IMG/VR virus record: IMGVR_UViG_3300025141_000077
Span: 712-64,711 of that record
Reading direction: 5' to 3' (one strand)
DNA from: a virus
Lineage: Duplodnaviria; Caudoviricetes
Length of the DNA stretch: 64,000 bases
The notes under the pieces are model-generated. The model was not told where the DNA came from. It saw only the letters and a program-made list of their open reading frames with translations, and made no database searches. Position numbers and translations under genes: made by a program. Of this stretch, positions 1 through 9,629 are shown one piece after another. How positions within the stretch are numbered: position 1 is the stretch's first letter; the number at the start of each line of letters is the position of its first letter.

Positions 1-2823
1 ATTGCTACCGAAGATGGAGGCACCCCAACTTATAGAGTATATGACACACCAATTATTGAAAACGATTTGACTGTTTCTGGAGCGCTTACTTATGGTAACA
101 ATGTAGGCGGAGGAAAAAATCACACAGTTAGTGGAAATGTGGTGGTAATAAGTGGGGCTTCATATGCTAATACTGGTGGTACTGCTAATACACAGTCTTT
201 CGGTTCTTTATATATTGATGATACGGCTACATTTATAGCCTCTCCTGCGGGAAATTTAAATTTATATTATACTTCAAGTGGGTTTTCTTTAAATAATGAG
301 GGAACCTTTACACACAACGATGGCACTGTGCTTATTGATTTTGAAAATGGAGGAGCGCCCGGTTCGGCTCGTACTGGTTATAATTCAGACTCGAAAGTAA
401 GATGTGCAAGTGGAGACCTTTATAATCTTGAGGTCGAGATGAATCGAAACGCTGATGCTACAAAACTATATCCTCCCGCTGGTTCGGAAAATATGATAGA
501 GAATGATTTGACGATAACAAAGGGAACATTTTACAAGTATAACGATAATTATACTTTAATAGTATCAGGGGCTGTGACTACAGCAGCTAGTAGTACCTTT
601 GGTTTAGCTTCTGCAACAGCTAACGATACTATAGGTGAAATATCAAATACTGGTACATATAATGCTACTAAGGGAACTACTATACTTAAAGGGGACTTTA
701 CTCAAGCAGGTACTTTTATACATAATAGCGGCACAGTAGAAATAGCTGCACGATGTGAACTAAAACCATACAACTATACTAGACCTTATGGGGACCCTCT
801 TACATTTTATGATGTTACACATACTGCTGGTACTTTCTATTTGGAAAGACCCGTTGTTTTTGAAAGTAGTTATACTAAAACTGGAGGGGATTTAATTCAT
901 TATGCTGAAGCTACTTTTGGTACAGCTGATGCAGCAGGTACGATGACTATTAATGCTGGTGAGTGGAAACTTTACGGATATTATGATGACCCTGTATTAA
1001 TGGGAGCTTCTGAGATTTATCCCGCTATAATTACGGGCTCTGTTAGTGACCCTATTAATTGGGACACTGTTGATAGTATAACACGTGACACTTACAATTA
1101 TCTTAAATGGATAGATGTTAAGAAAGATGCTGTGACAGGAGGTGGAACCACTTCCGGTGCACGATTTGTACTTTCTGGTAATTGCCAATTTGCCGGTCTT
1201 GAGATTTCCACAAAGGATGACTTTAATGTGAATGGATTCAGGGCTGAATTTAGTGGTGCATTAAATATAACTGGAAATATGGTTACAAGTGGTAGTTTAA
1301 TGATTTTAGATAAGGAGATGAATTATGATGGAGAAGGATGGCTCGGAAACGAAACTACTGATATTATGATTACAGGGACTGGGGCTACTCACGACTTTGC
1401 AGGACAACCTTATCAACATATAATGTTTAATGGTACAGGAGAAGATAAATTAAATTGGGCAAATAATTTCCCTGATACACCAATCATAGTTGCTGGCGGT
1501 ACATTCAAACCTGACTTTAACTTAACTGCCGGAAATATTAGCATTGCTAATGGAGGGACGTGGAATAATGATGTTGATGTACTAACACTTTCAAGTGGCA
1601 AGAGTTTCAGTAATCGTGGTGGGTTCTTTACAAGTTCGTCTGCGTTGAGTTTTGATGAAACACAACAAGATGAAAAAGTTGCAATACCTGACGCTATTTC
1701 ACTTGATTTAACTACAGCAGCGACATTAATGGCTTGGGTAAAAATACCAACTGATGCAGGTTCAAAGCAAAGAGTAATTAGTAAATCATATCAAGCTTAC
1801 GAAATGAGTGTTGAGTCTGGAAGATTATCTGCATACTTTGGCACGGATGGTGCAGGTGGCTTTACTTCAGTTTTTTCTCCAGCAGGTGTAAATTATAGAG
1901 ATGGTAAATGGCATCATTTTGCAATAACTTTAGATGGTAGTAGTTCATTAGTTAAATTGTATGTAGATGGTAAATTAGTACAACAAGAAACCTCTGCCGT
2001 TAATTTTCAAAATAAAAGTAGTGATTTATCGATAGGTTTTCGTTCTGATGGAAATACTGTTACTAACGATTCTTGGATGGATGGTGAAATTGTTGTGGCT
2101 TCAGTATGGAATACTGTATTAACAGGAGCAGGAATTCGTGAATCATTATTTTATGATTGGGCCGCTGTATCAGGAAGTTCTATTGACCAAACTAAATGTG
2201 TTGGGTGGTATCAATTTAATGAAGGAGAAGGCACAAGCGTATCTGATATGAGTGGCTCTGGAAATACTGGAACAATAGAAAATGCTCCTTGGGCAACCGG
2301 AGGCACTTGGACTGCTGGTGGAACACTGAGCAGTAGTGCGGGTAATCTGTATATCGGTAGTCACACTACTACTCCGACAGTGTTCGGTTCTTCTTATTTC
2401 ACTCTCGGAAATCGCAAACTAATTTCAGGCTCCAAGTTTGCTTCAAAAGCACACGAGGGTACCGATTTTTATTATGTTGCTACAAGTGGAACTAATGATT
2501 ATATGAATTATTCTAATCTTTCTGGAGCACCTATTGCTTCATCAAATGATTTACATATACTAGCCAATTCTTATTTTGGTTTTGATAGTGATGCTAATAA
2601 TAACCAGTGTGATGAGATTACTAATTACGCAGGTTCTACTGTCCGCATTGTAAAAAATGCAGATTTCTATACACAAGATTTTGATAATCAAGGTACTTGG
2701 TTAAGGAATGCTACTTATGATGGTATCATACACGATGATGGCTCAACTCCACACGAATATGAACCAATTGATATAATGGACGACCAAGATTCGCCATTTG
2801 ATGCGGAGGACCTCATTGATTAG
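1..2823 (+). CDS. Large virion surface/fibre protein with LamG (concanavalin A-like) domain, 5' truncated
   Basis: Frame is open from base 1. Gly/Thr/Ser-rich beta repeats and a LamG signature (TLMAWVK...DGKWHHFAIT...KLYVDGK...WNTVL...WYQFNEGEG). Precedes the neck genes. Confidence 0.8.
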   Translation: MATEDGGTPTYRVYDTPIIENDLTVSGALTYGNNVGGGKNHTVSGNVVVISGASYANTGGTANTQSFGSLYIDDTATFIASPAGNLNLYYTSSGFSLNNEGTFTHNDGTVLIDFENGGAPGSARTGYNSDSKVRCASGDLYNLEVEMNRNADATKLYPPAGSENMIENDLTITKGTFYKYNDNYTLIVSGAVTTAASSTFGLASATANDTIGEISNTGTYNATKGTTILKGDFTQAGTFIHNSGTVEIAARCELKPYNYTRPYGDPLTFYDVTHTAGTFYLERPVVFESSYTKTGGDLIHYAEATFGTADAAGTMTINAGEWKLYGYYDDPVLMGASEIYPAIITGSVSDPINWDTVDSITRDTYNYLKWIDVKKDAVTGGGTTSGARFVLSGNCQFAGLEISTKDDFNVNGFRAEFSGALNITGNMVTSGSLMILDKEMNYDGEGWLGNETTDIMITGTGATHDFAGQPYQHIMFNGTGEDKLNWANNFPDTPIIVAGGTFKPDFNLTAGNISIANGGTWNNDVDVLTLSSGKSFSNRGGFFTSSSALSFDETQQDEKVAIPDAISLDLTTAATLMAWVKIPTDAGSKQRVISKSYQAYEMSVESGRLSAYFGTDGAGGFTSVFSPAGVNYRDGKWHHFAITLDGSSSLVKLYVDGKLVQQETSAVNFQNKSSDLSIGFRSDGNTVTNDSWMDGEIVVASVWNTVLTGAGIRESLFYDWAAVSGSSIDQTKCVGWYQFNEGEGTSVSDMSGSGNTGTIENAPWATGGTWTAGGTLSSSAGNLYIGSHTTTPTVFGSSYFTLGNRKLISGSKFASKAHEGTDFYYVATSGTNDYMNYSNLSGAPIASSNDLHILANSYFGFDSDANNNQCDEITNYAGSTVRIVKNADFYTQDFDNQGTWLRNATYDGIIHDDGSTPHEYEPIDIMDDQDSPFDAEDLID

Positions 2824-2824
2824 A

Positions 2825-2840
2825 CAAACCTTTTAATATA
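2825..2840 (+). promoter_or_regulatory. Archaeal BRE-TATA promoter
   Basis: CAAACCTTTTAATATA, ~20 nt before ATG 2860; resembles the other intergenic promoters. Confidence 0.55.
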
Positions 2841-2859
2841 AAAATGGAGATACTTAAAT

Positions 2860-3075
2860 ATGGATGAGTGGGAAAGAGAAGAACTGATGATACGAATGGA
2901 TGAACGCATCAAAACCATTTTTAACAAGATGGATAAGTTTGAAACTCTTTTCACAAATCATTTATCACACCACGAGATGTGGGAAAATGATATTAAAATA
3001 CAAATGAGATGGTGGATTGGTATAGTGGTCACAATAGCAACAGGTAGTGGTGCAATGATGGTAGGGGTGATTTAA
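2860..3075 (+). CDS. Small coiled-coil protein with C-terminal TM helix (holin/XhlA-like architecture)
   Basis: Heptad-like N-terminus followed by WWIGIVVTIATGSGAMMVGVI. Confidence 0.5.
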   Translation: MDEWEREELMIRMDERIKTIFNKMDKFETLFTNHLSHHEMWENDIKIQMRWWIGIVVTIATGSGAMMVGVI

Positions 3076-3539
3076 TGGCATATCCAACGTGGACAGCAGC
3101 TTTTAGGAATAAGGTTCGTCTACTGGCAGGGATATCGTCTGAAGAACTAGATGACGATAACCTTGATGTTTTAGCAGATATGTCAGTAGATTGGTTTCAA
3201 GTACAAACAGGGTTAACATACACTTTAGGAGGAGAAGCGGCTTACGACCAGTCCATAGTTTATTACACTTGTTATTTAGGTTCAATTGTAGAAAGTGGAA
3301 TGGGTATTAGTGAAATTAGACTTGCAGATGTGGATGTTAAATATAATAATGCAGAGTTTGCTAACTTTGTAGATTTAGCATTAGAATTATTAGCAATGAA
3401 ACTCGGTATCAGTATTAAGAAGACTACTTATAATGCAGACCCATATCTAGGCAGAGTTAATTGGGACAAGAACGTTACAGGTGTTGATAGTACACTGGAC
3501 TTCAGAAAGAAGCCTCGTGGTATTAATTATGATAGGTGA
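3075..3539 (+). CDS. Putative head-tail adaptor
   Basis: 154 aa helical protein beginning KVRLLAG; first of the neck genes; translationally coupled. Confidence 0.55.
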   Translation: MAYPTWTAAFRNKVRLLAGISSEELDDDNLDVLADMSVDWFQVQTGLTYTLGGEAAYDQSIVYYTCYLGSIVESGMGISEIRLADVDVKYNNAEFANFVDLALELLAMKLGISIKKTTYNADPYLGRVNWDKNVTGVDSTLDFRKKPRGINYDR

Positions 3540-4528
3540 GTATGGGAAAAATAGGAATAAATATGTCAGGACTGCTCAAGAAGTTGAGCTTTCGTACTGG
3601 ACAGTCTAGAAAAATTACTTATTATAGACCCGCGATTTATGGTAAAGATAATTATGGGGTAGAAAATAATACTGTCCAATCTAACGAAATTAATGTTCCT
3701 AGTATTAATGCTTATATTAGAAATATAGTAGATAAAGATTATGTAGTAGAAAGGGGAGGGCATAGTATTACAGGAAAAGCTAAAATATATTTACCTAACT
3801 TAACAACTTTAAAAAATTACCCTAATTTAAATCAAGATAATAATGTTTTATTTAATGACATTACAGGGTTTGACCAGTTAATAGATTATGATAGAACTGT
3901 ATTTGCACCAACTGTTTCAAGTTCAGAAGGATGGGCCTCAGGTAGTATGGATGCTACTTTTTCCGCACAGGGATATGGGGGCACTACTTTAACAACTACT
4001 TTAGGTTCAACTACTTCTGGTACATTTACTTACACTAATTCTGGGGCTAACATTTTAGAATCAGATAGATTAACTTTCAAATTAAAGGCAAGTGGAACTC
4101 TTTATCTCAAGGGATTTAACGTTTATGCAAGTGGAACCACATCAGCTTGGAAGTATGGATATAACGCTAGTGCATCTAGTGTGGCAGTTTTATTACCTAC
4201 GAGTACTTGGTTAACTATAGATGTTCCTTATATTTCAGGGACTTCTTTATCTAGTATCTATAAAAGTGGAGTAAGACACGGTTTGAATGTTACTCAAGGT
4301 TCAAGTTGGGTTAATGGGACTTATGCATTTAACAATCTAGAGTTCGATGTTTCTGGAGCCAGTACTTTATTATACATAAAAGACTTAAAGTTTTATAAGT
4401 CTTCTATTTGGAGTGTACACAAGGTGAACGATTATAACGATGAATATATGGTTTTCGATTGTGTGAGAACTATAGGTAAAAGAGATAAAATAAGGAGGGC
4501 GTATGGTGTTAATTATAATACACCATAG
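3536..4528 (+). CDS. Putative head-closure protein with an inserted beta-sandwich domain
   Basis: Stopper-like pattern (ITYYR..KDNYG..KIYLP..DQLID [insert] WSVHKV..FDCVR) and gene position. Confidence 0.5.
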   Translation: MSMGKIGINMSGLLKKLSFRTGQSRKITYYRPAIYGKDNYGVENNTVQSNEINVPSINAYIRNIVDKDYVVERGGHSITGKAKIYLPNLTTLKNYPNLNQDNNVLFNDITGFDQLIDYDRTVFAPTVSSSEGWASGSMDATFSAQGYGGTTLTTTLGSTTSGTFTYTNSGANILESDRLTFKLKASGTLYLKGFNVYASGTTSAWKYGYNASASSVAVLLPTSTWLTIDVPYISGTSLSSIYKSGVRHGLNVTQGSSWVNGTYAFNNLEFDVSGASTLLYIKDLKFYKSSIWSVHKVNDYNDEYMVFDCVRTIGKRDKIRRAYGVNYNTP

Positions 4529-4534
4529 ATAAAT

Positions 4535-5044
4535 ATGGCTGCACCTAAAGATTTTATTAATGATATAGAAAGAGCTATTATAGATAAATTAAGAAGTACA
4601 TTTACGGGGGTAAAAGTTTATGGACAATACCCTGAAGCTATAGATATGGAATACCCCGCTATTATTTCTGAGATAACTAGTTCAGGACAATTTGATAAAT
4701 TTATGGGAGAACAAGTTTCTTTCGGAGAACAAGAAAAAACTGGGGAGATAGTAGGAATTATTTTTTCCTATCATTTAGTTATCGATAAAGATTCTGAACT
4801 ATCTGTTACGCAAGATGATGCATCAGTTGTAGTTTACAAAGGAAGAAGATTATTAAATTATTTAATGTTAAATGTAGCAAACATTTTAACAGATATGGGT
4901 TCACCTAGTGGAGGTTCTTGGTATTCAGGCACAGAAGTAGTCCAACAAGATTTGAACAATTGGTCAGATATTGGATACGACCCTGCTTTAGAAATGTATG
5001 GCGCATCTGCGGTATATATGATAGCCTTTAAGAATTATAGATAA
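4535..5044 (+). CDS. Putative tail terminator protein
   Basis: 169 aa, VKVYGQYPEAIDMEYPAII motif, position before the tail tube genes. Confidence 0.55.
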   Translation: MAAPKDFINDIERAIIDKLRSTFTGVKVYGQYPEAIDMEYPAIISEITSSGQFDKFMGEQVSFGEQEKTGEIVGIIFSYHLVIDKDSELSVTQDDASVVVYKGRRLLNYLMLNVANILTDMGSPSGGSWYSGTEVVQQDLNNWSDIGYDPALEMYGASAVYMIAFKNYR

Positions 5045-7608
5045 TGGGTGATGAACGTAAATTAATGCAAATTGGATTTGCAGCTTTAATGGCTCGTAAA
5101 CTAGCCCCTATTAAACAATATCTTTACGAGAAGCGTGGTGAAGATGATGGATTTGTTTTTGAACCTGTATTAAGAGATAATAGACCCGAACTTGATGATT
5201 GGGAATATATGAAAAAGAAATATTATTCTCAAGTTATTTATGAAGCAGCTCAAGCTGGAGAACTAGATACATCTATTGAAGAATCTAATATAGATAAAAA
5301 AGCAGCTCGTAGATTCTGGGCAGGACGTAAAGGTACTGGATGGGGAGGTACTGGAAAGGGTGGTTATATGGAAAGCTTGGACGTGGGTTATGGCTTTGGT
5401 GAGACTCCTGAAAACGAAGTGGACCAATTATTACAGTTGTATTTAAAGTATCAAGGAGAAAAGATGCAACAACTAACTCAACTATCTCACGAGGCTAGTT
5501 ATGATTTGTTTGATAAAATAGCTCAACAGAGTAGAAAAAATAACCCTGATACAACCTTTACTAATTATACCCCTTCCCCTAAAGAAATGGGAATATCACG
5601 ACGGGAACTCGAATGGTACTTATTACCTAAAACAGAGGGGACTCCATCTCAGAATGCAAGTAAAGAACAAAATAAGAAATGGGTATTGGCCGCCCTTGGA
5701 AAATTACCAATCCATAAATGGAATAATCCTAAACTTAAGCACGAATTTTATACTAGTTATGGACAAGCTCACGCTGGTTTTGCATTAAAATTAGCTAATG
5801 AATTAAACTTAAAGGGAGATGATTATAAAAGATTGACACAATTAGATTTTCGAGGTGCAAAAGGACATACATTTAAGGGAACAGGGGCTGATAGAAAATC
5901 TGTTGAATTAACGGAATATAGTGAATCTTTTAAAGCAACTGATGCGGGAATGCAAACATACGTAAGTGACCAAGACCCTGATGCACCTGCATTACGTAAA
6001 TATCCTTCTTTATCTGGTTACCCACAGTCAGATACAGCTTTTAATAATTCTATAATGATACCCTTTAACTATGAGATTGGGGGGAAAGGTGAAGGTGGAG
6101 CAATGGATACTATGAAAGAAACTACTGGGGATAAATTTACCCCAGATAAAAAACTTTTAACCGCCGTTTTTAACAAAAACAATATAGATGACGTGTACCC
6201 TAAAGCTTTTCAAGAATATCAAAGAATAAGAAGAAATGAAAAAAATGAGTATTTTAGAGAGAAAGGTCTTTTTACACAGCAGATAGATTTAGATTCACCT
6301 GCGGTTTTGTTAAATAATGAGCAAGAGGTAATAAACTTCATTAAGTGGATGCAAAGAGAAGTGAATCAGGAATTAGAAGAACTAAATCGACTAGATGTGA
6401 AAGAAGGGTGGGCTACCTCACCTTTCGCTGGCTCACCTCACTCTTGGGAAGCTGCATACCCTCAATTTGCTGCTCATCCACCAACACTAGAACAAACAAA
6501 ATATGGAAAGAAACTTCGATATGGACCAGAAGGACCTATTTCTACTGCTCATCAATACTTAGCGGGTGGTAAAAATTGGGCTGCTCCGGGTAAAGTAGGT
6601 TGGGAAAGAGGATTAATGGACCATAAACAAGAAATTATACAGGGTTTCTTAGGAGATTTTAATATTTTACAAGGTGAATTCGGGTATGTTACAGACCAAA
6701 TGTGGTCTTATATTAAAAAGCCTGAAGGTGATGGTGTGACTGATTGGGAAAAGAAACACGGTAAATGGGGATTTAAATGGGAGGACAAACTAAAAAGAGG
6801 TAAAGATATATATTTCCCTATTCATACTAAAGAAGGGGAACAAGGGCTTCTTAAGATAACTGTTCGAGCAACAGTGCAGGAAGATAACAGAAGTGCCCCA
6901 CCTAGTAAATTAAAGGAAGGGGTAACCACTGCTACTCGTCGTGTACGTACACATATCAAATTAACAGTGTCTGATATTGAGTTTCATTATAATGTAAAAA
7001 ACACGTTAGAACAGGAAGAAGTTAGATACCTCAGATTTGCAGAAGGAGCTACTGCTTTTGATTCTTATATGACTACTGCTTGGATGAATGGCGCTGCTGC
7101 TATTTATCAAGGAGGTGCAATGATGACCCACGCAGGTGTCGGTGCTCGTATGTTTATGGGAGATAGAACTCCAGCCAATAGTGTAGGTTTCTTTACTTCT
7201 ACTATTTCTACCGATGATTTTGCTCAAAGACTTAAAGAATTAGTAGATATAGGTGCTAAACAATGGTTTGGAGCACGTGATGGTTTTGGTGGTTATTTCA
7301 ATTTAAACGATATGGAAGGGGGAGCTTTTAAGGAATGGGCACAAGTGTGGAATGGGGAAGCTACTAAAATAGAAAAAACTATTAATAAGAATATACAACA
7401 TAAGTGGGCATTATGGTTAGACCAGTATGCAGGGGGAGGAGCGACGGCTCCCCCTCCACGTGTAGCTAAAACTTGGGAAGGCCCAATTAAACTAGGTCCT
7501 TTCGTCCATAGTACTAAATACTTAGGAGCGGCTCAAAGTTTAGGTATGCGGCCTCACGGGTATTATACGCTTGGAGGAACTAAACAATCCCTCCTAAGTG
7601 ACTATTAA
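5044..7608 (+). CDS. Large hypothetical protein in the neck/tail operon (854 aa)
   Basis: Long coupled ORF; no family recognised. Confidence 0.7.
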   Translation: MGDERKLMQIGFAALMARKLAPIKQYLYEKRGEDDGFVFEPVLRDNRPELDDWEYMKKKYYSQVIYEAAQAGELDTSIEESNIDKKAARRFWAGRKGTGWGGTGKGGYMESLDVGYGFGETPENEVDQLLQLYLKYQGEKMQQLTQLSHEASYDLFDKIAQQSRKNNPDTTFTNYTPSPKEMGISRRELEWYLLPKTEGTPSQNASKEQNKKWVLAALGKLPIHKWNNPKLKHEFYTSYGQAHAGFALKLANELNLKGDDYKRLTQLDFRGAKGHTFKGTGADRKSVELTEYSESFKATDAGMQTYVSDQDPDAPALRKYPSLSGYPQSDTAFNNSIMIPFNYEIGGKGEGGAMDTMKETTGDKFTPDKKLLTAVFNKNNIDDVYPKAFQEYQRIRRNEKNEYFREKGLFTQQIDLDSPAVLLNNEQEVINFIKWMQREVNQELEELNRLDVKEGWATSPFAGSPHSWEAAYPQFAAHPPTLEQTKYGKKLRYGPEGPISTAHQYLAGGKNWAAPGKVGWERGLMDHKQEIIQGFLGDFNILQGEFGYVTDQMWSYIKKPEGDGVTDWEKKHGKWGFKWEDKLKRGKDIYFPIHTKEGEQGLLKITVRATVQEDNRSAPPSKLKEGVTTATRRVRTHIKLTVSDIEFHYNVKNTLEQEEVRYLRFAEGATAFDSYMTTAWMNGAAAIYQGGAMMTHAGVGARMFMGDRTPANSVGFFTSTISTDDFAQRLKELVDIGAKQWFGARDGFGGYFNLNDMEGGAFKEWAQVWNGEATKIEKTINKNIQHKWALWLDQYAGGGATAPPPRVAKTWEGPIKLGPFVHSTKYLGAAQSLGMRPHGYYTLGGTKQSLLSDY

Positions 7609-7610
7609 CA

Positions 7611-7626
7611 GGAAAACCTTTATATA
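7611..7626 (+). promoter_or_regulatory. Archaeal BRE-TATA promoter of the tail tube operon
   Basis: GGAAAACCTTTATATA; SD-like GAGGT before ATG 7663. Confidence 0.7.
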
Positions 7627-7662
7627 ATATTGAAGACTAATTAAAGGTAGAGGTTTAGAAGT

Positions 7663-8271
7663 ATGGCATATTTTCTAGGAAGTGACGTTAAAGTTGCCCT
7701 TACCACAGAGCACACAGGTAGCGGTATGGCCGTTGCAAGTGGTAGTGGAGGTTTATATACTTTAGCAGCAGCAGCATCCCCCACTAATGGGATATCGAAA
7801 CTATCAGCAGCTAATTTATCAAGTAGTGCTGCATTAGTAGACGTTGTGGGCCTTGACCTTGGGATAGGAGCGATGGATGAAGATGTAACTTATTTAGGAC
7901 ACCGCACCCCTCTCAAAGCAGAAGTTCACAAAGAAACAACTGTATCTTTAAGTTTAAAAAGAAAGAACGCAGTTTATGATGTGATTTTTAGTGGAGATTC
8001 ATCAGGTGACATTGGAAGATGGGGACTTGATAGAACTGGTTCATTAGCAGATGGATTAAGCGAACCAGATATAACATACGGCTATAGATTAGCTGTTTAT
8101 ATTAAATCAGGTTCAGAATGTTTTACCGTACGTAATGCAACTTTTACTGGTCATACTGTTTCTTTAAACGCAGACGGTACACAGGAAGAGACTCTTGAAT
8201 TTAGTAGTCAAGTAGAACCTGTTATTGATGACGTTGCTTATGATAGTGCAACTACGGAGGCTCAACTATGA
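7663..8271 (+). CDS. Major tail tube protein, paralogue 1
   Basis: Own promoter; 202 aa; upstream of chaperones and tape measure; colinear with the next ORF. Confidence 0.7.
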   Translation: MAYFLGSDVKVALTTEHTGSGMAVASGSGGLYTLAAAASPTNGISKLSAANLSSSAALVDVVGLDLGIGAMDEDVTYLGHRTPLKAEVHKETTVSLSLKRKNAVYDVIFSGDSSGDIGRWGLDRTGSLADGLSEPDITYGYRLAVYIKSGSECFTVRNATFTGHTVSLNADGTQEETLEFSSQVEPVIDDVAYDSATTEAQL

Positions 8272-8930
8272 CGTATTGGTTAGGAAAAGATGTAAACATT
8301 TATATGACAACTGAACAAGGTGCATTATCTGTATCTGGAAATGCTTCTACTGATGGAATGAGTGCCTTAACTTCAGGAAACGGAGTAAAGAACAATGTAG
8401 GAGGACCCGGAAATTTTTGGGTAATTCCACACAGAACTTATGGTAGAGCTTCTGGTTCAAAAGTTACTGATGTGACAGGGATTGATTATTCCCCTTCAAC
8501 AGTTGATGAGAACCTTTCTTTTATGGGGAAAAATACTAATCTTACAGCTGAGATTAAGAAATCTCAAGTAATTACTATTACCCGTAAAGTAAGTAATGCT
8601 CTCTTTGACCAAGTTTATAACTCTGCAAGAGACGGAGTTTATAGCACAGATGGTGCTGATGCTAGTGGTAGTGGGGCCGTCTTTGATGGTTTAACAACCT
8701 CTAATAACCAGAATTTTGGATACAGGATATATCTACAATTTGCTAGTGGAGCTAGCGTCCCAGTAGATGAAACCTTAATTATCCGAAACTGTTGTTTAAC
8801 AGCTCATTCTAAGAGTTTAACCCCTGATGGAGCTACAGAAGAAACCATCGAATTCTATTCATATACGCAACCGTTACTAACACTATCGGATGCTTCAGGT
8901 ACTGCTATTACAGCAACAACTGAAATTTAA
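8268..8930 (+). CDS. Tail tube protein, paralogue 2
   Basis: Shares motifs with paralogue 1: MxYxLGxDV, DVxGxD, DExxxxxG, GYR, RN, DGxxEETxEF. Confidence 0.7.
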   Translation: MTYWLGKDVNIYMTTEQGALSVSGNASTDGMSALTSGNGVKNNVGGPGNFWVIPHRTYGRASGSKVTDVTGIDYSPSTVDENLSFMGKNTNLTAEIKKSQVITITRKVSNALFDQVYNSARDGVYSTDGADASGSGAVFDGLTTSNNQNFGYRIYLQFASGASVPVDETLIIRNCCLTAHSKSLTPDGATEETIEFYSYTQPLLTLSDASGTAITATTEI

Positions 8931-8963
8931 TGAAAACAAATACACAAGAGGAGTGATGAAAAA

Positions 8964-9326
8964 ATGTCTGAAGACGTATGGACAATCGAAGAGCTAGTCG
9001 CACTGACAGAAGAAGTGCAAAAAGGTGAAGTAGAATATAGAGATAAGAAATTTATATTCCAATATTGTGAACTAACAGAAAGTGAGGAGCCTAAGGTCTC
9101 AGTACTTGATGAAGATGCATCTGCTGAGGAAAAGAACACATTCTACACTAAAGTAGGAACCGAAAGGATATTAGCAATGGTTAAGAAAGCTAATGATAAA
9201 AATCCAAAGGGCGCTACTTTAACTGCGGAACTATGGTCTAATCTACCAGCTACTTTACGTTATACTATATCTACGGAAATATTGTCATTAAAGGATGAAC
9301 TGGCAGAAAATTTTACCAGTGGATGA
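8964..9326 (+). CDS. Tail assembly chaperone (gpG-like)
   Basis: Acidic 120 aa protein between tail tube and tape measure, ending in a slippery heptamer. Confidence 0.75.
   Translation: MSEDVWTIEELVALTEEVQKGEVEYRDKKFIFQYCELTESEEPKVSVLDEDASAEEKNTFYTKVGTERILAMVKKANDKNPKGATLTAELWSNLPATLRYTISTEILSLKDELAENFTSG
9308..9314 (+). other. -1 programmed frameshift heptamer A AAT TTT
   Basis: XXXYYYZ in the correct phase (GAA AAT TTT). The -1 frame AAA TTT TAC CAG TGG runs directly into ATG 9323. Confidence 0.75.
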
Positions 9327-9622
9327 GAGACTCACCAGAACCGGTACTTCTCTACATCCCCCTGATGAAAGAACTAGGTCTGACGTGGAAAGAAATTAAA
9401 AATACGCCCCGTATTGAACTGGAAGGTTTACTTTGCGCTTTAGCAGAATACCAAATGTTACACAGTATGGATGGGTATGATGATGAAGATATAAGCAATA
9501 TGGCTAAGAATAAGCCCCGTGTCCGTTCCCAATATACTCAATACGTAAGTCAAAAACGAAAGTATTACAAGGGAATGCAATCTCAAAAACCAAAGAGTTT
9601 TAAAGACGCTTTGAAATTATAG
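9323..9622 (+). CDS. Tail assembly chaperone extension (gpT-like)
   Basis: -1 frame relative to the upstream ORF; ELGLTWKEI resembles gpT-type motifs. Confidence 0.7.
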   Translation: MRDSPEPVLLYIPLMKELGLTWKEIKNTPRIELEGLLCALAEYQMLHSMDGYDDEDISNMAKNKPRVRSQYTQYVSQKRKYYKGMQSQKPKSFKDALKL

Positions 9623-9629
9623 GACAAAT

